Below are positions 44,059 to 52,364 of a stretch of DNA of 64,000 bases, piece by piece (positions within the stretch are counted from its first letter, which is position 1; each line of letters opens with the position of its first letter). The DNA is from an uncultured Acidobacteriota bacterium (GTDB taxonomy: Bacteria > Acidobacteriota > Terriglobia > UBA7540), in contig CAWDSK010000001.1 of assembly GCA_963804995.1 (NCBI GenBank), positions 371,305-435,304 of the forward strand, written 5' to 3'. The position numbers were made by a program, and so were the translations under genes. The notes below the pieces were generated by a model. That model was not told the origin of the DNA, made no database searches, and was given only the letters and a program-made list of their open reading frames with translations.

Positions 44059-45312
44059 TCATTCATACCGCAGTGCCTCGACGGGATTGAGATGAGAAGC
44101 GCGCAGGGCGGGCACAAGTCCACTGATGACGCCTACCACGATGAGGATCAGGGTCGAGGCCACGACGGTCGTCAATGAAATGTTAAGGTGGATGTCCCCC
44201 TTGCCAGACGTGTCCTCAAAAATGGGGCCATAGAAAGGCATCGTGCCGATGGCGGCGGAAAGACCGTAGGCCAGCAGAATGCCAAACACGCCACCCAGTA
44301 GCGCCAGCACCATCGCCTCCGCCATGAACTGAGCCTGAATGTGGCGGCGCCGCGCACCCAGCGCGCGTCGCAGGCCGATCTCGCGGATGCGCTCATCTAC
44401 CGCCACCAGCATGATGTTCATCAGGCCCACGCCGCCGATGCCCAGCGTCAGCGCGCCCACAAAGGTGAAGAGCGCCTGAAAGCCGATGGTGATGCCATCG
44501 ATGATGGGCCGGAACTGCTCGCGGCCGAACATCATGATGGCGCGCTCGTCGGTGGGTGAAAAGCGCTGGCGTTTGGCGATGGCGGCGCGCACCTGCTGCA
44601 TGGATGCCTTTTCGAAGCGTGGAGCTTTGGGTTCGAAGACCAGAACGGAAGCGTAGCGGGTATTCCAGATGTCGCCGGCAGTGGAGTAAGGAATCCAGGC
44701 CGAATCACCGTCGGAGGTGAAGTAGTTGCTGTCTTGAATTTTGCTGTCCATCGTTCCGACCACGGTGAAGCGCATGCCACTGATGCGCACCGTCTCACCC
44801 ACCGCCGGCCTGCCGGAAAAGAGCTTCTCGCGCAGACCATGGCCGATAAAGACCACGCGGCGGCGCTCAAGTTCGTCTTCGGCGGTAAGCCAGCGACCCT
44901 GGCTCGCGACTTCATTGCGCATCTCGCCATACTCGGGACACACACCGCGGATGGCGGTTTGGGACATGCGATCACCGTAAGAGATAGGCAGCCAGCGGAC
45001 GCTTTCCCGGCACACGGTCTTCACCAGCGGGGCTTCCTGCTGAATGTCCTCCACGTCCACTTTCTCAAAGTGCACATGCTTGCCGGCGCGTTCGCCACCC
45101 GCTTGCTCGCTGGTCTGCTGGGGCCAGCAAATCACCGCACCCTTGCCGAAAGCGTCGAACGCCGCGACCACTACGGAGCGCAGGCTGCTGCCGTAGGCGA
45201 TCAGCAGAGCCACCGCAGCAATCCCCCAGACAATGCCGAGCATGGTAAGGAAACTGCGCGTCGGTTGGCGCTTTATGGAGAGCCAGGATTGTTTTAGGAC
45301 CTCGGTTAGCAT
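44059..45312 (-). CDS. ABC transporter permease, MacB/FtsX type
   Basis: 417 aa with an N-terminal TM helix, a large periplasmic MacB_PCD-like domain and a C-terminal FtsX 3-TM module (REIGLRRALGARRRHI). Confidence 0.85.
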   Translation of the reverse strand: MLTEVLKQSWLSIKRQPTRSFLTMLGIVWGIAAVALLIAYGSSLRSVVVAAFDAFGKGAVICWPQQTSEQAGGERAGKHVHFEKVDVEDIQQEAPLVKTVCRESVRWLPISYGDRMSQTAIRGVCPEYGEMRNEVASQGRWLTAEDELERRRVVFIGHGLREKLFSGRPAVGETVRISGMRFTVVGTMDSKIQDSNYFTSDGDSAWIPYSTAGDIWNTRYASVLVFEPKAPRFEKASMQQVRAAIAKRQRFSPTDERAIMMFGREQFRPIIDGITIGFQALFTFVGALTLGIGGVGLMNIMLVAVDERIREIGLRRALGARRRHIQAQFMAEAMVLALLGGVFGILLAYGLSAAIGTMPFYGPIFEDTSGKGDIHLNISLTTVVASTLILIVVGVISGLVPALRASHLNPVEALRYE

Positions 45313-45329
45313 TTTGGCCCCCTCAGAAA

Positions 45330-45564
45330 GAGCAAGTCAAAAGGCAAAGTGCAAAAGGCAAAATGCAAAAGTAAACGGCCAGGCGGCTTTGGCTTTTGAT
45401 CGGGGGAATAGCAAGCCTAACTCCTACAAGGGGCATTTGATTGCTGCGTCCAGACCGCACTGCATTGCAAGCCCCTAACTTCTTGTCTTCTTGGCAGGGA
45501 TTTTCGGGTCTTGGGCTTTTCACTTTTGCCTTTTGCACTTTGCCTTTTGCATTTTGACTTGCTC
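45330..45564. repeat. Imperfect 43-49-bp inverted repeat built from 8-nt words (aaaggcaa/agtgcaaa) around a 143-bp spacer
   Basis: Left arm 45330-45372 is gagcaagtcaaaaggcaaagtgcaaaaggcaaaatgcaaaagt. Right arm 45516-45564 is cttttcacttttgccttttgcactttgccttttgcattttgacttgctc. Confidence 0.6.
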
Positions 45565-45586
45565 TTGCGGCCGAAAGCGGCCTCGC

Positions 45587-45621
<35 letters not shown>

Positions 45622-45622
45622 T

Positions 45623-46882
45623 TCATCCTCCTGCCTCAAACCGAAGCGCCTCGATCGGATCCACACGGGCGGCGCGCGTAGCGGGGTAGAGCGCGGAGAG
45701 CACGGCCACCGTGCCCAGGACCGCGAAGGAAAGCGTCCCCGCTTGCCAGGTGGGCAGCATGCCCCCGAAGAAGGGCGGCATGGGGATCAGATTGATGAGC
45801 GCGCAGAGCCCGTACGCGATACCCATCCCTGCGCCGCCGCTCAGGAAAACAATGATCATGGTTTCGACAAAGAACTGTTGCAGGATGGCCCTGGAACTCG
45901 CGCCTACGGCCTTGCGCACGCCGATTTCTCGGGTGCGCTCACGCACTGCCACCAGCATCACATTCATCACTCCGATGCCGCCCAGCAGCAGCGTAGTGAT
46001 ACCGATGGCGCCCAGGAAATACTTCATTGCGTCCATCAACTTTTCGAACGCCTTTGATTCCTCCACGGTGTCCCAAATGCTTGCGGCTTCTTTGTCGTGA
46101 GGATCGAAGTTGTGCAGGCGGCCGAGCGCGCGCCTGACCTGCCACTTGCAAGTCTCGTGCTCCGGGAGGGATTTGGGAACCACCAGCAAATGGTCCAGGG
46201 CCGTGGGCAAGGCCGGAGGCTTGGAAGGAAAATTCTGCAAGATGGCGCTGAAGGGGACAAATATCTTGTCCACATCCCAACCGTCGTAACTTGAGTTCTG
46301 GTCCTTGGCGGCCATGACGCCGATGACCGTGAAAGGGATTTCGTTGATGACAATGGTTTCGCCCACGGCCTGGCGTGTCGCGAAAAGTTGCTTCTTGATG
46401 TTGCTACCCAAGAAGGCCACGTGGCGGCCCGCTTGCTCATCGCCCCAGTCGTAAAATCTGCCCGCCTGGATGGTGATGGAGCGGATCTCCGCAAAGGGAG
46501 GGTAGGAGCCGGCAACCTCCGGCGAGGCGTTGTTGTAAAGGCTGCGGACCGGCAGGCTGCTGCGTTCAAGTTCCGGGAGCACGTAGCGGCAGGCGGTGGC
46601 TTCTTCCTGCACAGGCTGGACGTTGGTCGACTGCCAGGTTGTCGCGCGGCCCGCACGCAAACCCCCAGCCTGCATGCTGGTGCGCCCATTGAAGAAGATC
46701 ATCAAATCCTTGGCGAAGGTCGCCTGTTGCCTCTCTTGGCCAACGCGCAGGCCTTCGCCCGCGGCCACCATCAGGGTGATGGAAATGATGCCCCAGGCGA
46801 TTCCGAACATGGTCAAGAAGGTGCGCAGCTTGTGGGCCCAAAGCGTGCGGAGCGTGTTGAGAAGTAAGTCGCCGAGAATCAT
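45623..46882 (-). CDS. ABC transporter permease, MacB/FtsX type
   Basis: 419 aa with the same architecture as 44059..45312 (REIGVRKAVGASSRAI). Confidence 0.85.
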   Translation of the reverse strand: MILGDLLLNTLRTLWAHKLRTFLTMFGIAWGIISITLMVAAGEGLRVGQERQQATFAKDLMIFFNGRTSMQAGGLRAGRATTWQSTNVQPVQEEATACRYVLPELERSSLPVRSLYNNASPEVAGSYPPFAEIRSITIQAGRFYDWGDEQAGRHVAFLGSNIKKQLFATRQAVGETIVINEIPFTVIGVMAAKDQNSSYDGWDVDKIFVPFSAILQNFPSKPPALPTALDHLLVVPKSLPEHETCKWQVRRALGRLHNFDPHDKEAASIWDTVEESKAFEKLMDAMKYFLGAIGITTLLLGGIGVMNVMLVAVRERTREIGVRKAVGASSRAILQQFFVETMIIVFLSGGAGMGIAYGLCALINLIPMPPFFGGMLPTWQAGTLSFAVLGTVAVLSALYPATRAARVDPIEALRFEAGG

Positions 46883-46995
46883 GGTAGCGGTCCTGGTGTT
46901 GCGTCCTTGGCCCAGCTCTCAGCCATCAGCTTTCAGCGGTCAGCTTGAACCCCCCAGCTTTAGCTGAACGCTGATAGCTGACTGCTGATAGCTCG

Positions 46996-48207
46996 CTATT
47001 GCAGCACCACCTGTTGACCCTCTTTCAATCCACTGAGCAGCTCGGTTTTGACGCCGTTCGAGATGCCCAGCTTCACAGCGAGCTTTTGGCGGCCGGTCTT
47101 CGCATGCGGGTCAGGTGTTTCGACAAAGGTATGGCGGTCCTTGTCGTAAATGACCGCCGCCTCCGGGAGTTGGACCACGTTGTGCTTCTCCTCCAGGATG
47201 ATTTCGGCGTTGGCGGTCATGTTGGCTTTGAGTTCGCCGGTGGAATTGGCGATGGAGACCTTCACTTCAAAAGTCGTGACGTTGTCCTTCTCGACGCCCA
47301 TGGGGGAAATCTTGGTGACCTTACCCTCGAACTTCTTTTCCTTAAGCGACTCCACCACGATGCGGGCGGGCTGGCCCATATAGACTTTGCTGATGTCAGC
47401 CTCATCGACCTTCCCTTTGACGTAGACTTCGCTCACATCGCCCAATGTCATCACCAGCGTAGCCTGGGAGCCGAGAACCAGGATAGAACTGACGGCGTCA
47501 CCCACTTCCACGTCGCGCGAGAGCACCAGCCCTTCCATGGGGCTTACGATCGTCGAATTGCGCAGGTCCTCTTCCGCGCTATCCAGCGCCGCTTGCATTT
47601 GGGCCACCTGGGCCTTGCTGCGAGCGATTTCAGCCCGGCTCACCGCCAGGTAGCGCTGGGCGGACAACTGCTTGTTCAAGGCCATTTGGTAAGCCTTCTC
47701 GCCGTCATCCAGAACGGAGGCGGAAACCAATCCGTCGGCCCCGAGCTTGCGGTTGCGCTCGACGGTAGACTTCAGAAAAGGCAGGTCGGGCCCTTCAGCG
47801 TCAACCTTGTTGCGCTCGTAGGTAGCTTGTGCGGACTCTACCGCCGCTTGCGAGGCCTTCAAATTGGCCTCCGCTTCCGCCACCCGCGCCCGTAACTGCT
47901 CCTTGTCAAGTTCCACCAGGACCTGGCCTTGCTTCACGTGGTCGCCATAATCCACAAAGATCTTTTCCACAATCCCGCTCGCCTTGGATTTGACTTCCAC
48001 TTTGACGAGCGGCTCGATCTTGCCCGTGGCCACCACCGACCGAGCCAGGTCGGCACGTGTCACGCTCGCGAGCTTCGAAGGATCAATCGTCGTGCTAGGA
48101 CGTAAGGCCGCGGCAATGCCCAAGCCGCCACCCACCAGAATTAACGTGCCAATTGCCAAGAGGTACCACTTCTTCCGTTTGCCGTTATGGTTGTTCGCCA
48201 TTGCCAC
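46996..48207 (-). CDS. Efflux periplasmic adaptor (HlyD/MacA family membrane fusion protein)
   Basis: 403 aa with an N-terminal anchor, a lipoyl/coiled-coil hairpin (LRARVAEAEANLKASQAAVESAQATYERN) and beta-barrel domains. Confidence 0.85.
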   Translation of the reverse strand: MAMANNHNGKRKKWYLLAIGTLILVGGGLGIAAALRPSTTIDPSKLASVTRADLARSVVATGKIEPLVKVEVKSKASGIVEKIFVDYGDHVKQGQVLVELDKEQLRARVAEAEANLKASQAAVESAQATYERNKVDAEGPDLPFLKSTVERNRKLGADGLVSASVLDDGEKAYQMALNKQLSAQRYLAVSRAEIARSKAQVAQMQAALDSAEEDLRNSTIVSPMEGLVLSRDVEVGDAVSSILVLGSQATLVMTLGDVSEVYVKGKVDEADISKVYMGQPARIVVESLKEKKFEGKVTKISPMGVEKDNVTTFEVKVSIANSTGELKANMTANAEIILEEKHNVVQLPEAAVIYDKDRHTFVETPDPHAKTGRQKLAVKLGISNGVKTELLSGLKEGQQVVLQ

Positions 48208-48421
48208 CCCCGGTAAGCTTGACCGGAACTATCCTCAAGCATCCATACGCGCCCAGCCTCTTAAATGTTCCCTGGCCCGCCCATGCTCCCGGGTATCGAT
48301 ACCCTGTCGCGAGTTGGCCGGAGCAGATTGCGGGGACTACACCTGCCAGGGTTAGACGATGGTTCCTAAGAGAGGTTATCAGCCAACAGACGGGGCCGAG
48401 GGAGTGGGACCCGGGCGGATC

Positions 48422-48535
48422 GGGTCATCGGATCATTGAGTGATCTTGCGATTGGGCGATTGACGAGCTTCCATCCGTTGAGTTTGGTTCAGGTTCGCGT
48501 CCCAATCAGCCGATTACCGTAGCGGAGAAGTGTGG
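48422..48535. repeat. Direct repeat unit 1 (about 90-nt conserved core)
   Basis: gggtcatcggatcattgagtgatc + ttgcgattgggcgattgacgagcttccatccgttgagtttggttcaggttcgcgtcccaatcagccgattaccgtagcggagaagtgtgg. The second copy is at 48781-48921. Confidence 0.7.
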
Positions 48536-48600
48536 CGGGGGATGGCAGTCGGCTTGTGGATTGGACTATCGGTCCATCAGCACAAGGCGAAAATTCATAG

Positions 48601-48668
48601 CCCTCTCCGAGGGGAGAGGGTGGCGCGCTGCCGGCGTACTCACCAACCGGAGCGCGGCGGGTGAGGGG
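48601..48668. repeat. Repeat family C, divergent copy
   Basis: ccctctccgaggggagagggtggcgcgctgccggcgtactcaccaaccggagcgcggcgggtgagggg. Confidence 0.6.
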
Positions 48669-48780
48669 TCACTTCGCGCCTATCGCCCCGACTGCCCATG
48701 GGGCTCATGTTCCGTCGTAAACCCACCGATAAGCGATGTGGGGAAGTGCGGCACAGCGCGGATTGGTTCATTGATTCATC

Positions 48781-48921
48781 GGGTCATTGAATCATTGAGT
48801 GATCGGGTGATTTGTGATTTGCGATTTGTGGTCTGCGATTGGGCGATTGACGGCTTCAATCCGTTGAGTTTGGTTCAGGTTCGCGTCCCGTCCTGCCGAT
48901 AACCGTAGCGGGATAGTGTGT
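48781..48921. repeat. Direct repeat unit 2
   Basis: The core is about 90% identical to 48446-48535. It carries an extra gggtgatttgtgatttgcgatttgtggtc insert. Confidence 0.7.
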
Positions 48922-49190
48922 CAAGGCCGGCGAAGTCGGTCGGTGTTCTCATCCCGCAATTTGGTTCCCTCGTCACTCGTCACTTGTCACTGGTCACTGC
49001 TTTTGAAGTGTGTCACACGGGGGCAGGGGGATCGGGGTTAGGGATTTGGGCCTTTGGATTAACTGTTAGCTGTCGGCTGTGAGCTGTCAGCACGGAGACT
49101 TGTGTCACGGGCGAGGCTGGACGGATGTCGACTCGGCTGGGAAGCGGGCGCAGCGCCCCTCTGCATCGCGGCGATTCGTCCCCCATCGGC

Positions 49191-49225
49191 AACAAAAAGC
49201 CGCGGACCTAGGCGACCGGTCCGCG
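49191..49225 (-). terminator. Candidate rho-independent terminator
   Basis: On the minus strand, cgcggacc-ggtcgccta-ggtccgcg (8-bp GC stem) is followed by GCTTTTTGTTG. It lies about 510 nt downstream of the enolase-superfamily gene stop. Confidence 0.5.
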
Positions 49226-49464
49226 CGACGATTGCTTATTAGGGGAACTGCAACCACACGACGAGCGATTTAATCGCTATGGCGGTGGTGCAAAGTATTG
49301 GAAGCCACCAGAGCTCGGAATCGGTTACCTTGGTTTTTTGCATTTGCGCATCCGGAAACGGGTCGAGGTCCTCTGGCTCCCGCGCTGTCCCCAAGTTCCT
49401 GATAAGATGCTCCCTTTTCTCCAGACACTGCCTACTGCATCACGGACAGTGCACTTCTGTCCGT

Positions 49465-49521
49465 GGGCTTTTCTCAGGCCCGATACCCCAGCGGCAACCG
49501 CACGCCGTCAATCTGGATGGG
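49465..49521. repeat. Conserved 57-nt motif, copy downstream of the enolase-superfamily gene
   Basis: gggcttttctcaggcccgataccccagcggcaaccgcacgccgtcaatctggatggg; compare 51232-51287. Confidence 0.55.
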
Positions 49522-49737
49522 CATGGCGCTACGGCCGGGAGTATGAAGTTGCTAACCCCGGAGTGATTCACTGCCGATGGGGTTTTGGGCAGCCACACCC
49601 TACCGTCAAGTCGTCCGGCTCCGGCGGGACGTCTGGAACAGGGCGTCGCAGAAGCGTCGGGTCAGCCGTAAACACCCCGGACGCGACCACTCGCACCATG
49701 GCAATAACTTTATGGCAGCGCCTCAGGCCTCCTGGCA

Positions 49738-51135
49738 TTACTCGTAGGTCTCGCAGTTACACCACTTGCCTTCTTCATCGTAATGGGGCCAGGGACCGCC
49801 CGTGCGGAATCCGGAAACAATGGGATCGTCATACAGGGGCGTAGGCGCGAAGTAACCGGGCCTCCGCAGGTGCGCTTTCACCACCTCATCGTTGAGTTCA
49901 AGGCCGAGTCCAGGCTTCTCCGGAACCGTCACGAAGCCATCCTTGATAATCGGCTTGGGAACGCCGGTCACCAGGTCCTGCCACCACGGCATATCCAGGG
50001 CATGGTTCTCCATGGCCAGGAAGTTGTCTCCGAACGTGGCGGCGCAATGGTATCCCGCGAAGCCGCCGATGGGCGATCCGGCGTGGTGCATGGCCACCTG
50101 GATGCCCGCCATCTCGGCATAGTCGGCAATTTTCTTGGTCTCCAACAGCCCGCCGGAGGTTTCAATGTCGGGATGAATCACTGCCACCGCGTGGTTATCG
50201 ATCAGCGGCCGGAAACCCTCTTCCAGTCCGAAAATGTCTTCGCCGGTATTGATAGGAGTGGTGGTGGATTCGCTGATTTGCTTGTAACCGCGCCAGTTTT
50301 GCCAGAACCACTGATGGCCTTCCTGGGCCTGCAGGATATCCTCCGCCCAGGCAAGCTGGTATTTCTCGAAGGCCCGGGCGTAGCGGATGGAATCCTGGAT
50401 GTTGAGCGGCCCGAAGTGGTCGGCGGCGAGCGGGGCCGACCAGCCGATCACGTCACGGATGGCGGCAATGAATTCGCACAGGTAGCCCAGGCCCTTGTCG
50501 GTGGCCACCCCGCGATCGTTGACGGCGCCCGGCCGGTCCTTCACCAGGTCCGTTTCCAGATCCATCTTGAAGAAGGTCACACCCATCGCCTGGCGCTTGC
50601 GCATGCGTTCCGCGTACGTCTTGACATCCGGGTGAGCGGTGGTATCCGCATAGATGCGAATGCGGTCGTGTTTCTTTCCGCCGATCAGCCGATAGGCCGG
50701 AACGCCTAACACTTTCCCGGCAATATCGTGCAGGGCCATATCTACCGCGCTATACCCTCCGCCCATACGTCCGTGCCCGGCAAAGGGGCGAACCGTTGCC
50801 AGGTTGCCCTCAATGTCCAGAGGGTTCTTCCCCAGCAGGTGCGCCTTGAGGATCAGAGCGATACCTTCCACCCCCGCGTCGCGCACTTCCCCCAGTCCGT
50901 AAACATCCTGGTTGGTGTAAATTTTGATGAGCGGATAGTCATAATTCGCGGCCACCCGGCAGGCGCGCATGTCCGTAATCTTCAGCCCGCTCGGAGCGGA
51001 GTTCCGATTCACCGTTTCCTGCGCGCTCACCGATCCCTGGGTCGCCTGGAACAAGGGACCCCACAGGGCCGCCGCGGCGGCGCTGCGCAGCAGCGACCGG
51101 CGGGTCATCCTTGCCTTCTCACGATTGCTAACCAT
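49738..51135 (-). CDS. Enolase-superfamily enzyme (mandelate racemase/muconate lactonizing family, sugar-acid dehydratase-like) with a twin-arginine leader
   Basis: 465 aa with an AGGAGG SD 6 nt upstream of ATG 51135. The leader is MTRRSLLRSAAAAALWGPLFQATQGSVSAQ. MR/MLE-type motifs include FFKMDLE and AEDIL...TGEDIF. Confidence 0.8.
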   Translation of the reverse strand: MVSNREKARMTRRSLLRSAAAAALWGPLFQATQGSVSAQETVNRNSAPSGLKITDMRACRVAANYDYPLIKIYTNQDVYGLGEVRDAGVEGIALILKAHLLGKNPLDIEGNLATVRPFAGHGRMGGGYSAVDMALHDIAGKVLGVPAYRLIGGKKHDRIRIYADTTAHPDVKTYAERMRKRQAMGVTFFKMDLETDLVKDRPGAVNDRGVATDKGLGYLCEFIAAIRDVIGWSAPLAADHFGPLNIQDSIRYARAFEKYQLAWAEDILQAQEGHQWFWQNWRGYKQISESTTTPINTGEDIFGLEEGFRPLIDNHAVAVIHPDIETSGGLLETKKIADYAEMAGIQVAMHHAGSPIGGFAGYHCAATFGDNFLAMENHALDMPWWQDLVTGVPKPIIKDGFVTVPEKPGLGLELNDEVVKAHLRRPGYFAPTPLYDDPIVSGFRTGGPWPHYDEEGKWCNCETYE

Positions 51136-51231
51136 ATTCTCCTCCTAGGGGTCGTGTCCCAGCGGGTAGCCACGCTGTCGCCGCGGCTGAAAGTCCGCCG
51201 ATCTTAATGGCGGGCGACCTGTCCTGGCGAT

Positions 51232-51287
51232 GGGATTTTCTCACGCCCGATGCCCCAGCGGCAACGCACATCATCAATCTCGATGGG
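51232..51287. repeat. Conserved 56-nt motif, copy in the 5' leader region of the enolase-superfamily gene
   Basis: gggattttctcacgcccgatgccccagcggcaacgcacatcatcaatctcgatggg is about 80% identical to 49465-49521. Confidence 0.55.
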
Positions 51288-51768
51288 ACACCCCGCCCCA
51301 GTTGCCATGCCCAAGGCAGAATCGTTGTAACTCGACCGCCGCCAGAAGAACCCACGGTCAGAAAATCACTGACCGTGGCTACCCCGCTGCCTCGGGGATA
51401 TCGGGTATGAGAACTAAGCACGACTAGAATGCCCGGCACTATGGATAACTTGAACCCTGCCGACTTTACCGCTCTGCAGCCTTACCTTGATCCCGTGCGG
51501 GTGGAACGGGGACGTCGTGAGAAGGTCCTGGACGATGCCTCGGGTCTGTTTCCCTGTGGGCTGGTCCTCTTTGAGGACAACTGAAACGTCTGCTCCACGC
51601 GCCACGTCACTTCGGTTCCGTCCATCCATGGAACTTACCCCCTTCAGACCCTCGTCAAAAACTTCATGCGGGCTACATATCACAATAATCCATGGGGATA
51701 ACAAAATCATCCCGGCCTCGGGGCAATCGGTCTACATGGCAGTGCAGCTTCCAGGATGCCTTTCACGG

Positions 51769-52364
51769 TCAGAAGAGGTATTTCAATGCGAACTGAACCA
51801 GACGAGGGGCGACCGAGGTTTGGGTGATCACACCGAAGTTTGCCGTCCCCAGCGACGTGCCGGGATTCGCGAACTGGGGATGGTTGAGGGAGTTGTAGAA
51901 TTCGACGCGAAACGCCAGCTCGGCGTTTTCCCGCAGGCCTCCCACCACAGTTCTCTTTCCCAACGATATATCGGTATTAACCTGTGGCGGCCCGTCCAGG
52001 AGGCTCTGGCCGGCGTTGCCGTACCCCGTTGCGCCATCGGAACCGATCGCGGGCGCAGCGCAGATGGCTGACGTATTGATCCAGCCGCCGAGTCTCGCTT
52101 CCACGCTGCCGGAGGTGGCCAGGGCCGCCCGACCCGGGCAGAGCGTTACGGTTGAGGGCGAAGCCTCACCGTAGACGCTGCCTCCGGCCGGATCGGTCGG
52201 GGTCAGCGGCAATCCGCTTTGCACGATAACCAACCCGGTTGTAGTCCACCCGTTCAACAGTTTCCCCGCCGCGCCCGTGCTGTGGACGGAATTGGGGAAC
52301 TGGTAATCGAAGTTGGTAACGATCCGGTGCGTGCGGTCAAAGGACGCGCGCGCCCAATTCCTAG
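51769..52364 (-). pseudogene. TonB-dependent receptor, C-terminal fragment (distal part of an IS-disrupted gene)
   Basis: ...NWARASFDRTHRIVTNFDYQFP...APRLVQFALKYLF ends in the aromatic residue typical of outer-membrane beta-barrels. It joins in frame to 54380..57372 when the IS and one CTAG are removed. Confidence 0.8.
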
